From Synechococcus elongatus PCC 6301 (lineage in GTDB: Bacteria; Cyanobacteriota; Cyanobacteriia; Synechococcales; Synechococcaceae), in the NCBI RefSeq assembly GCF_000010065.1, contig NC_006576.1:2348051-2380050 (forward strand): DNA of 32,000 bases, given 5' to 3'. Positions 1-8,182 of the stretch are shown here, piece by piece. The notes beneath the pieces are model-generated. The model had not been told where the DNA came from, searched no databases, and saw only the letters and a program-made list of their open reading frames with translations. Positions within the stretch are counted from its first letter, which is position 1. Every line of letters begins with the position of its first letter. Made by a program: the position numbers and the translations under genes.

Positions 1-345
1 GCCCGCACGATCGCGGGTTCTTCATTGGTGAAATCGGCAATTTTTGGTCGTGACCCCAACTGGGGTCGGATTGCGGCTGCTGCGGGTCGAGCTGGCGTCC
101 AGTTCAACTCGGAAAATCTGGGGGTTCGGCTGGGTGAGTTTGAACTACTCCGCAATGGCCAGCCGCTGCCCTTCGATCGCAATGCTGCCAGTCAATACCT
201 CCGCGATCGCGCTGCAGGCGCTTACCTGCAAGACGATACGGTACTAATCCAAGTAGACGTGGGTGCTGGTACTGGGCAAGGGGTTGCTTGGGGCTGCGAC
301 CTCAGCTATGACTATGTCCGCATCAATGCTGAATACACCACCTAA
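1..345 (+). CDS. argJ: Glutamate N-acetyltransferase / amino-acid acetyltransferase ArgJ, C-terminal part (5' end outside window)
   Basis: Open frame running in from the window edge; [15 protein letters not shown]...[15 protein letters not shown]...[13 protein letters not shown]...[19 protein letters not shown] is the classic ArgJ C-terminus. Confidence 0.95.
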   Translation, partial: ARTIAGSSLVKSAIFGRDPNWGRIAAAAGRAGVQFNSENLGVRLGEFELLRNGQPLPFDRNAASQYLRDRAAGAYLQDDTVLIQVDVGAGTGQGVAWGCDLSYDYVRINAEYTT

Positions 346-377
346 AGGGCTCGATGCTCCCAGTGATCGTCAAAACA

Positions 378-409
378 AAGAAGGCCTTCAGGTGTCTTGA
401 AGACCTTTT
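378..409 (+). terminator. Probable rho-independent terminator of argJ, possibly bidirectional with the convergent gene
   Basis: AAGGCCTTCA (381-390) / TGAAGACCTT (398-407), one mismatch, 7-nt loop, then T residues; lies between argJ and the convergent 417-1229 CDS. Confidence 0.65.
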
Positions 410-416
410 GAGTAAA

Positions 417-1229
417 TTAGGGCAGGAGTCGCTTGATCAGCTGCTTGAGGCGTTGCCGTTTTGATCCGAGGTCCGCTGTCGTCACAGCGGGGCGACTTTC
501 GGGCAGCTCAAACACCACGTTAAACAGTCGTCGCTGCTGTCCTGCGGGGCAGGTGAGTGCCTCAACGCCATGCCACGCTTCAGGGGTATTGCGGAATAGG
601 AAGCAGCGGTTGTTGAGAAACTGTGTGGGGATGATGGTGCCAAATTGGTTGAAGTCGGGATTCATCACCTTGGTTTTACGATCGCCTAGAACCAGCGTTG
701 CCCCACCCCAAGCTGGATCCCAATTGGCATCGGTATTGAAGTAGAAAATCAGGGTGCCAATCTTCAGCTCGGAATCAAGGTGCGGCGACACTTCTGAACC
801 ACCCGTTCCCACATGCCAGGCAAAACGCATCAGGTAGCGATCGCTACCCAAGGCCTGACGAATGAATCGATGGAAAGACTCTGAAGTCTGAAGCTCAGTC
901 AAGAATTGCTGCCACGGTAAGGGCAGATCTGTGAGTCGAGCGACGCCAGGAGCTGAGGCGCCAGCACTTGGCCCGTGGTAAATCGATGTCTCGTAGGCCA
1001 GGTAGTAGCGATCGTGAGGGCGCTGGCCATAGTGCCGACTGCGGCTTTCATGGCGTTCAAATAGACTGAGCGGAGGGAACTGCGCACACAATTGCTCAAA
1101 TGCAGGAGCCGCAAGCAGCCCTACTGGGTTGAGCCACGGAAAAGGCGATCGCTGCAAGAAAGCATCCACGTCTAGGCCAGCGAGCACCTGCGGGTCTAGG
1201 AACGTTGTGGGAGCGAGCGTAGTGCCCAT
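417..1229 (-). CDS. 2OG-Fe(II) oxygenase-like protein (prolyl-hydroxylase fold)
   Basis: 270-aa ORF; PHLDSELKIGTLIFYFN (HxD) ... FRNTPEAWHGVEAL (distal His) arrangement of the double-stranded beta-helix family. Confidence 0.65.
   Translation of the reverse strand: MGTTLAPTTFLDPQVLAGLDVDAFLQRSPFPWLNPVGLLAAPAFEQLCAQFPPLSLFERHESRSRHYGQRPHDRYYLAYETSIYHGPSAGASAPGVARLTDLPLPWQQFLTELQTSESFHRFIRQALGSDRYLMRFAWHVGTGGSEVSPHLDSELKIGTLIFYFNTDANWDPAWGGATLVLGDRKTKVMNPDFNQFGTIIPTQFLNNRCFLFRNTPEAWHGVEALTCPAGQQRRLFNVVFELPESRPAVTTADLGSKRQRLKQLIKRLLP
1145..1152. repeat. Example of HIP1 octamer GCGATCGC; roughly 16 copies in the first 5.4 kb by eye
   Basis: Exact octamer read in sequence; highly over-represented across most of the window. 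Confidence 0.9.
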
Positions 1230-1399
1230 CTTTGATTTTTAGAAACCAAGCCAGTTCTTAGTCTAGGGTTCGAAACCAGAAATGAGACTGCCGCCTAGAC
1301 CAGAATACCGGTGGTCACAGGTTGGTCTTTCTCGACAAGGATGGCAGGATACTGCCAAGCCCTCTGCTCCACTCTCTTTCTTCGGCCAAGGTTGACGCA

Positions 1400-2479
1400 A
1401 TGATTGGCTACATCATCCTGCTGGTCTGCACGATCGCGTTGTTTGCCCTGTTCTATGTGGGGCTGAATTTGCACTGGGGCTATACGGGGTTGCTCAACTT
1501 TGGCCATGTGGCTTTTCTGCTGATTGGGGCCTACAGTGTTTCCCTGCTGGCGCAGCAGGGCTGGCCGCTCTGGCTCGCCGCGATCGCAGGAGTGACTCTA
1601 GCGGCTCTCTTGGGCTTGGTGATGGGAGTGGCGAGCTTGCGACTGAGTCAGGATTACCTCGGCATCGTCACGGTTGGACTAGCGGAAGTACTGCGCATTT
1701 TTGTCCAAAACGAAACGGGCTTGACTCAAGGCAGCTTTGGCGTTCAGGCTTATCCGATCATTCTGCAGGGCTGGGAACCGCCAATCTGGCAAACTCATTT
1801 ACTGGTTGTGGGGCTGCTGGCGATCGCTGCTTGGGGCTATTGGCAACTGTGGCAGTGGTGGCGCAGTAGCGCGAGTCGGGGGAAACATTGGCTGGCGATC
1901 GTCGCCCTAGGGAGCAGTCTGATCGTTCTGCCGCCTGCGGCCTTGGGACTAGCGGACTATGAACGCTATCCGCGCTCGGGGCAAATGCTGCTGTTGCTGG
2001 GGGCGCTCTGGCTGACAGTCGCAGCGGTTGACCGCTTGGTGCGATCGCCCTGGGGGCGGGTGCTCAAGGCGATTCGCGAAGATGAAACGGTGGCGATCGC
2101 CCTCGGGAAGAATGTCCTGTCCTACAAGCTGCAATCCTTGGCACTGGGCGGGGCGATCGCGGGGCTAGCTGGAGTGTTCTATGCTTGGCAACTCACCGCC
2201 ATCTACCCCGATAATTTCCGGCCTCAGCTGACCTTTGACGTCTGGACGATGCTGGTACTGGGTGGGACTGCCCACCGGTTTGGACCTGTCCTAGGCGCAG
2301 CGGTGTTTTGGCTCTACGACAGTCTGACGCGATTTCTCCTCCCGGCGATCCTACCTTTGGATGGATCGCAGATTGGTGCCTTGCGAATTGCCTTGGTGGG
2401 ACTGTTGTTAATGGCCTTGATGATTTGGCGCCCCCAAGGCATCTTGGGACGACGGGAGGAACTGAGTCTTGGCCGCTGA
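1400..2479 (+). CDS. Branched-chain/neutral amino acid ABC transporter permease, LivM type
   Basis: Multi-TM protein with GLNLHWGYTGLLNFGHVAF, FRPQLTFDVWTMLVLGGTAHRFGPVLGA. The 1322 ORF start is probably too far upstream; the LivM-like sequence begins at ATG 1400 (MIGYIILLVCT). Confidence 0.88.
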   Translation: MIGYIILLVCTIALFALFYVGLNLHWGYTGLLNFGHVAFLLIGAYSVSLLAQQGWPLWLAAIAGVTLAALLGLVMGVASLRLSQDYLGIVTVGLAEVLRIFVQNETGLTQGSFGVQAYPIILQGWEPPIWQTHLLVVGLLAIAAWGYWQLWQWWRSSASRGKHWLAIVALGSSLIVLPPAALGLADYERYPRSGQMLLLLGALWLTVAAVDRLVRSPWGRVLKAIREDETVAIALGKNVLSYKLQSLALGGAIAGLAGVFYAWQLTAIYPDNFRPQLTFDVWTMLVLGGTAHRFGPVLGAAVFWLYDSLTRFLLPAILPLDGSQIGALRIALVGLLLMALMIWRPQGILGRREELSLGR

Positions 2480-3245
2480 GTCTTGGCTATTGGAAGCTGA
2501 AGGACTGAGTAAGCGCTTTGGCGGCTTGCAGGCGGTTCAGGATGTGCGGCTGCAGGTGGCTGAGGGGACAATCACCGGTTTGATTGGTCCGAACGGAGCG
2601 GGCAAGTCCACCCTATTTGCCCTGCTCTCGAACTTCCTCAAGGCAGATGCCGGAAAGGTGCGGTTTCGGGGCCGTGCGATCGAGAAGCTGCAGCCCTACC
2701 AATTGGCGCAGTTAGGTCTGGTGCGGACGTTTCAGGTGGCGCGATCGCTCTCCCGCCTGACGGTGCTAGAGAACATGTTGCTGGGCGGGCAACAACAGCG
2801 CGGGGAAAAGTTTTGGCAGGTTTGGCTCCACCCCCAAGCGATTCGTCGTCAAGAGCAAGAGCTGCGCGATCGCGCGTTCTCCCTCCTCAGTGATGTGGGG
2901 TTGGCTGCTAAAGCGCAGGACTACGCCGGCAGTCTTTCGGGTGGGCAACGCAAACTACTAGAAATGGCGCGAGCGCTAATGGCGCAGCCGCAGCTCGTGC
3001 TGTTGGATGAACCGGCCGCCGGGGTCAACCCAGCACTGATCGAAAAAATCTGTGATCACATCCAAACCTGGAATCAGCAGGGTATTAGTTTCTTGATCAT
3101 CGAACACAATATGGACGTGATCATGTCGCTCTGCGATCGCGTTTGGGTGTTGGCCGAGGGCAAAAACCTTGTGGATGGTCCGCCTGCCCAGATTCAACAG
3201 GATGAACAGGTTTTGGCAGCCTATTTGGGACTGGAACTTGCCTGA
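2469..3245 (+). CDS. Branched-chain/neutral amino acid ABC transporter ATP-binding protein, LivG type
   Basis: TTG start overlapping livM by 11 bp; Walker A GPNGAGKST, signature LSGGQRKLLEMARALM, Walker B LVLLDEPAAGV, LivG-type C-terminus. Confidence 0.9.
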   Translation: MAAESWLLEAEGLSKRFGGLQAVQDVRLQVAEGTITGLIGPNGAGKSTLFALLSNFLKADAGKVRFRGRAIEKLQPYQLAQLGLVRTFQVARSLSRLTVLENMLLGGQQQRGEKFWQVWLHPQAIRRQEQELRDRAFSLLSDVGLAAKAQDYAGSLSGGQRKLLEMARALMAQPQLVLLDEPAAGVNPALIEKICDHIQTWNQQGISFLIIEHNMDVIMSLCDRVWVLAEGKNLVDGPPAQIQQDEQVLAAYLGLELA

Positions 3246-4030
3246 ACGGAGTCTTGGCAGTGGGAACAGGTTGTTGCGACCACAGGCTGACCACAGGCTG
3301 GGCAGAGTTGATGCTGGGGTGTTTGGAGCTGGCGATCGACGGCAATTCGCTCATCAAAAACGAAGCAGTCCCCTTGCCAGTGATTCTCTTCTGGCGCGAT
3401 CGCTTCCAGATAGTTAAGAATTCCGCCTTCTAGCTGATAAACCGTTTCGATACCCTGTTCTAGGAGATAGGCAGAGGCCTTCTCACAACGGATACCGCCA
3501 GTGCAAAACATGGCAACCTTCGCTGGCGGCTGCGGTAAGAGTTGCTCTTGCACAAAGCGTGGAAAGTCACGGAAGCGATCGGTCTGAGGATCGATTGCCC
3601 GAGGGAAACTACCGAGAGCAATCTCAAAGCGGTTGCGCACATCAATCAGCACAACCTCAGGGTCTTGTAGCAATTGGTTCCAGTCCTGGGGGGCGACGAG
3701 GGTGCCTGTCCGTTCTGCTGGGTTCAATTCGGGACAACCCAAACTGACAATCTCAGGTTTCACCTTCACCTTGAGTCGGGCAAAAGGCCAATCGGTGACC
3801 GTGGCAGATTTGAAGCTGAGGTTGGCGAAGGGAGGATGCTGCTGGAGTTCCGACAGGAATTGAGCGATCGCTTCAGTGTTGCCCGCTAAGCCGGCGTTAA
3901 TGCCTTCAGGGGCCAGCAAAATCGTGCCTCGTAAGCCCAGCGCCGTGCAGAGATCCTGCAGCCACTGTCGCCAGCGATCGCAGTCTCCAAGCGCAACGAA
4001 ACGATAGAAGTTGATGAGAACGAGGCTCAT
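3221..4030 (-). CDS. trhO: Rhodanese-domain tRNA uridine(34) hydroxylase, UPF0176/TrhO (YceA) family
   Basis: LRGTILLAPEGINAGLAG, KVKVKPEIVSLG, catalytic loop MFCTGGIRCEKASAYLLEQG, GGILNYLE, CFVFDERIAVD; C-terminal CPAC-x8-CSHC cysteine pairs. Confidence 0.9.
   Translation of the reverse strand: MSLVLINFYRFVALGDCDRWRQWLQDLCTALGLRGTILLAPEGINAGLAGNTEAIAQFLSELQQHPPFANLSFKSATVTDWPFARLKVKVKPEIVSLGCPELNPAERTGTLVAPQDWNQLLQDPEVVLIDVRNRFEIALGSFPRAIDPQTDRFRDFPRFVQEQLLPQPPAKVAMFCTGGIRCEKASAYLLEQGIETVYQLEGGILNYLEAIAPEENHWQGDCFVFDERIAVDRQLQTPQHQLCPACGQPVVATTCSHCQDSVQASSSPK
3278..3299. repeat. Perfect 2 x 11-bp tandem repeat GACCACAGGCT within the 3' part of trhO
   Basis: GACCACAGGCTGACCACAGGCT read directly. 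Confidence 0.9.
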
Positions 4031-4587
4031 GCCGGAGCAATGACGGGAGCACTGACAAACGGTTCAGGGCGCTCAGTCTTTTCGATAAAACTGCGAATAT
4101 CGTTCAGATCGATGTAGCGATCAGTGGCATTCCGTAACTCACGCGCGATCATGCCATCGGTCGATACGACAGTGATGTGAGTCTGCTTGGCGCGCAGCAG
4201 TTCAATGGCACGCTCGAAATCACCATCGCCACTGAAGAGCACAATTTCATCATATTGCTCAACCGTATTGAACATATCAATAACGATTTCAATATCTAAG
4301 TTAGCTCTCTGAAAATAACGATTGCCGTTGGACTCATCATGAAACTCCTTCAGCATTTTCGTCCGCACGGTATAGCCTAAGCTAACTAGTGCGTCCCGAA
4401 ACCCCCGTTGATCTTGGGGATCTTTGAGACCGGTATACCAATAAGCGTTAACCAGCTCAATTTCTGGTCGATTCGCAAAATAGTTCAGCACTCGACGAGG
4501 ATCAAAGAACCAACCGTTCTTTTGCTGTGCATAGAACATATTATTACCATCAATGAAGATGGCCAAGCGACTAGGGCGAAATGCCAT
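4027..4587 (-). CDS. labA: LabA-type NYN (PIN-like) domain protein, circadian output regulator family
   Basis: 186 aa; AIFIDGNNMFYAQQ, NLDIEIVIDMFNTVEQYDEIVLFSGDGDFERAIELLR, DLNDIRSFIEK; conserved Asp residues of the NYN fold present. LabA itself versus a paralogue (LalA type) should be confirmed by alignment. Confidence 0.82.
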   Translation of the reverse strand: MAFRPSRLAIFIDGNNMFYAQQKNGWFFDPRRVLNYFANRPEIELVNAYWYTGLKDPQDQRGFRDALVSLGYTVRTKMLKEFHDESNGNRYFQRANLDIEIVIDMFNTVEQYDEIVLFSGDGDFERAIELLRAKQTHITVVSTDGMIARELRNATDRYIDLNDIRSFIEKTERPEPFVSAPVIAPA

Positions 4588-4744
4588 AAAGTCTTGCCTT
4601 TAACAATCAGCGAAAGGTTACTAGCCTTACAACCATCCTATAAATTTGCTGACCACGCAATTACCAACTGGGTTGTCAGGTCTTGGTGAGTCGAGGGCTG
4701 AGGGGCTGTCAGGATGGTAACAGGAATCGTCTTTTGGGTAGAGC

Positions 4745-5251
4745 CTAGTTGCTGGGACTGAGGGTTGGAAGGGGGGTGGTCTCAGTCAAGCCTGGCGTTG
4801 GTGACTGACGACTGGTGTACCAAAAACCGACGATAACTCCCGCGATCGCGGCGAGAACTATCATCCCGATGAGGCGGTGGCGGTAAGGCTGCGGGACGGT
4901 CTTGATTGGTCGCTGTTCAGCTCTGACTGAGGCGGTTGGTGGTTGGTAGCCTGCGGTGAGGGTCTCTGCGAGCCGTAGGTTAGTTTGCCAGACTAGCTTG
5001 CCCTGGGCGGTACAACCCTGGATTTGCACCATCGATACAGGAATCTGCAGTTGGTGCAGGACCTCTGTCAGATACGGGCGCAGGAGGATCTGCTGCTCGG
5101 CCGTGACTCCCTTCAGCCTAAGCTGTAGTCCCGTCGAGGTTTTCTGCCCGCTGACGGTCACGCCTTGGGGCCGCAACTGGGTATCGAGGAGTGCGGCAAT
5201 GCTGTTAGCGTCCCCTTGCTGGGCTCTTTCGAGCGACTCCGTCATCCGCAT
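4745..5251 (-). CDS. Hypothetical protein with C-terminal region transmembrane helix
   Basis: The ORF is open to 5356, but MTESLERAQQGDANSIAALLDTQLRPQGVTV looks like a better N-terminus (ATG at about 5251/5245); TM segment HRLIGMIVLAAIAGVIVGFWYT. Confidence 0.6.
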   Translation of the reverse strand: MRMTESLERAQQGDANSIAALLDTQLRPQGVTVSGQKTSTGLQLRLKGVTAEQQILLRPYLTEVLHQLQIPVSMVQIQGCTAQGKLVWQTNLRLAETLTAGYQPPTASVRAEQRPIKTVPQPYRHRLIGMIVLAAIAGVIVGFWYTSRQSPTPGLTETTPLPTLSPSN

Positions 5252-5416
5252 CTGATCACCCTCAGTAAAAGCACTTGGCAGTAACGTACACAGATCGCTG
5301 AGCAGTATTGCAAGGCAATAGGCGATCAGGAACTTTATCGATAGAATCTGGGGCAAAGCGGTGATCCCCGTTGATCCCCAGCGAGCGATCGCCAGTCGCT
5401 AAGGAATGATTTCCCT

Positions 5417-7012
5417 ATGAGCCTTGGATATCTTGCCCTAGTTCTGCACGCCCACCTACCCTTTGTGCGGCATCCCGAAAGTGACTATGTCTTAGAAGAA
5501 GAATGGCTCTATGAGGCCATCACTGAAACCTATGTGCCGCTGCTCTTGATGTTTGAGGGGCTGCAGCGGGATGGGGTGGATTTCAAGCTGACGATGAGTA
5601 TGACGCCGCCCCTGGTGTCGATGCTTCGCGATCCCCTGCTGCAAGAGCGCTACAGCAAGCACCTCGATCAATTGATCGAGCTGGCAGAAAAAGAGGTTGA
5701 CCACCATAGCCAGAATGGCCACCTGCGTTATTTGGCGGAGTACTACGTCGAAGAGTTCACACGGGTTCGTGAGACCTGGGAACGCTGCGATCGCGACCTC
5801 GTGTTGGCTTTAAAGCCCTTCCTGGAAAGCAACAACCTCGAAATCATTACCTGCGGAGCGACCCACGGCTATCTGCCGCTGATGCAGATGTATCCGCAGG
5901 CGGTCTGGGCTCAAATTCAGGTCGCCTGCCAGCACTACGAAGAAAACTTTGGGCGACCGGCGAAAGGGATCTGGCTGCCAGAGTGCGCTTACTACGAAGG
6001 AGTAGAGCGGATGCTAGCGGATGCTGGTCTCCGCTATTTCATCATGGATGGCCATGGCTTGCTCTATGCCCGCCCACGGCCACGGTTTGGCACCTATGCC
6101 CCGATTTTCACTGAGACTGGCGTGGCGGCCTTTGGACGCGACCATGAGTCTTCCCAGCAAGTTTGGTCCTCGGAAGTGGGCTATCCGGGCGCAGCTGAAT
6201 ATCGCGAGTTTTATAAAGACTTAGGTTGGGAAGCCGAGTACGAATACATTAAGCCCTACATCATGCCGAATGGGCAGCGTAAAAATACCGGCATTAAATA
6301 TCACAAAATCACAGGTCGTGGCCTCAGCTTGCATGAGAAAGCACTCTACGATCCCTATTGGGCACGAGAGAAAGCCGCTGAACATGCTGCCAACTTTATG
6401 TTTAATCGGCAACGGCAAATCTCTCACCTGAGCAGCATGATGGGCCGTCCGCCGATTGTGCTCTCGCCCTACGACGCTGAACTCTATGGCCACTGGTGGT
6501 ACGAAGGCCCTTGGTTCTTAGATTACCTATTCCGCAAGACTTGGTTTGACCAAAACCAGTTCTCAATGACCCATTTGGCCGACTATTTACGACAGCATCC
6601 TCAACAACAAGTTGCTCGCCCGAGTCAATCGAGCTGGGGCTTTAAGGGTTTCCATGAGTATTGGCTCAACGATACGAATGCTTGGATCTATCCCTATTTG
6701 CATAAGGCGGCAGAGCGGATGATTGAGCTAAGCCGTCGCGAGCCTGTTGATGAGTTGGAATGGCGAGCTTTAAATCAGGCAGCACGGGAATTGCTGTTAG
6801 CACAATCCTCGGACTGGGCGTTCATCATGCGAACAGGAACAATGGTGCCCTATGCTGTGCGACGCACTCGAGTTCATCTGCAGCGATTCACTAAGCTCTA
6901 CGATGATATTCTGGCTGGAAAAATTGACTCAGGCTGGCTTGAAAAGGTAGCAGCGATCGATAATATCTTCCCATCCATAAACTACCGAGTATATCGGCCT
7001 CTCGATGGCTAA
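5417..7012 (+). CDS. Glycoside hydrolase family 57 protein, probable 1,4-alpha-glucan branching enzyme (GH57 + DUF1957)
   Basis: LALVLHAHLPFVRHPE, GKPAKGIWLPECAYYEGVE-type motif, SPYDAELYGHWWYEGPWFLDYLFRK, C-terminal RRTRVHLQRFTKLYDDI. Confidence 0.88.
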   Translation: MSLGYLALVLHAHLPFVRHPESDYVLEEEWLYEAITETYVPLLLMFEGLQRDGVDFKLTMSMTPPLVSMLRDPLLQERYSKHLDQLIELAEKEVDHHSQNGHLRYLAEYYVEEFTRVRETWERCDRDLVLALKPFLESNNLEIITCGATHGYLPLMQMYPQAVWAQIQVACQHYEENFGRPAKGIWLPECAYYEGVERMLADAGLRYFIMDGHGLLYARPRPRFGTYAPIFTETGVAAFGRDHESSQQVWSSEVGYPGAAEYREFYKDLGWEAEYEYIKPYIMPNGQRKNTGIKYHKITGRGLSLHEKALYDPYWAREKAAEHAANFMFNRQRQISHLSSMMGRPPIVLSPYDAELYGHWWYEGPWFLDYLFRKTWFDQNQFSMTHLADYLRQHPQQQVARPSQSSWGFKGFHEYWLNDTNAWIYPYLHKAAERMIELSRREPVDELEWRALNQAARELLLAQSSDWAFIMRTGTMVPYAVRRTRVHLQRFTKLYDDILAGKIDSGWLEKVAAIDNIFPSINYRVYRPLDG

Positions 7013-7079
7013 GTAATGCTGGATTCGCTGGGCTGACTAGGTAAGAATAAGTCAGCTCAGTGAGCCGACAGGCAATACA

Positions 7080-7105
7080 ATAACGCTTGCTTAAGCAAGC
7101 GTTAT
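7080..7105. terminator. 26-bp perfect palindrome between convergent genes, candidate bidirectional terminator
   Basis: ATAACGCTTGCTT|AAGCAAGCGTTAT read directly in sequence; no clear U tract. Confidence 0.5.
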
Positions 7106-7107
7106 AT

Positions 7108-8160
7108 TCAGGTTCTTGGAGAAATGCCAACTACTAGATTGCCGCGTAACGATCGCGATCGCTGATGGTCATGGTCCCAGCAGCTGGAATAGTAGCCCCA
7201 GTTGAGGGTGCCCCCTGCCGCCAGAATCAGCTGATCAAGCTCATAGGCGCTGTATTCACGATAGTGATAATGACCGTCCCAGTTCCCCGCAAAGCCTGGA
7301 TGGTAAGGCTGGGGGTTTCTCCCTTGAGTGATCGGTAGAAGATTTTCAGACCGGAAATAGTTGGGAGTGCTGAGAATCAGTTGCCCCGATGGCTTTAAAC
7401 GGGTTAATAAAAACTGTAGGACGACTTGGGGATCAGCACAAAGATGCTCGAGGACTTCTGTAAAAATGATGCAGTCATAAAGACCTTGTTCTGGTAATTT
7501 ATCGGCTTGATCAATGTGCTCTAGATCGATCGCAAAATACTGATCAATTTGAAATTTCTGGCGACATTTAGCCTCAGTAAAGCCAATATAGTCATCTGCG
7601 ACAGGGCGATCGCTCAAGTCAAGAGTTAACTTTTCAAATAAGCGGGGATAAAGTGCAGAAGCTTCTGAGTTGCCGAATTCTAGAAGCCTAGCAGGGCGAT
7701 CGCCAATCACAAATTCAACCGCATTGAAGAGTTCCCAAAAGCGACCTTGATGAACTTTGAGATAGTCCTCTTGGCCGATAATCAACTCGCCCTTCAATAG
7801 TGATTGCCAGAATTGTTGGAAGTGAGTCAAATCTAATCGAGGGTCTTGCACAAATGGTGGCTCAGGCCACGCAGTATAGGCACGATCGGCAAGGATTCGC
7901 CAAATCTCTTGATCATCAATGATTGTGGAAGGAGGCTCTGGTTTAAAGGGCTGAAGGACTTGAGAAACAGTTGCTCCCTGGGTAAATGCCCTTTGAAAGC
8001 TTGCTAGCAGCTGGGCACTAGGGCTTTGGTCTGTGATGATTTGATAAGCAGCGATCGCAATCTGCAAAGAGTTAGCTCTGCGATCAGGAGTTCGGAATAA
8101 GCGATCGCGAATTTTCTTGATCTTTTTCTTGAGTCGGCTCAGGGGCATTTGTCGATTCAA
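7108..8160 (-). CDS. SAM-dependent methyltransferase
   Basis: RPARLLEFGNSEASALYPRLF, YDCIIFTEVLEHLCADPQVVLQFLLTRLKPSGQLILSTPNYFR (class I methyltransferase motifs). Confidence 0.75.
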   Translation of the reverse strand: MNRQMPLSRLKKKIKKIRDRLFRTPDRRANSLQIAIAAYQIITDQSPSAQLLASFQRAFTQGATVSQVLQPFKPEPPSTIIDDQEIWRILADRAYTAWPEPPFVQDPRLDLTHFQQFWQSLLKGELIIGQEDYLKVHQGRFWELFNAVEFVIGDRPARLLEFGNSEASALYPRLFEKLTLDLSDRPVADDYIGFTEAKCRQKFQIDQYFAIDLEHIDQADKLPEQGLYDCIIFTEVLEHLCADPQVVLQFLLTRLKPSGQLILSTPNYFRSENLLPITQGRNPQPYHPGFAGNWDGHYHYREYSAYELDQLILAAGGTLNWGYYSSCWDHDHQRSRSLRGNLVVGISPRT

Positions 8161-8182
8161 TCTCGTTAGCTGCCGAACAGCT

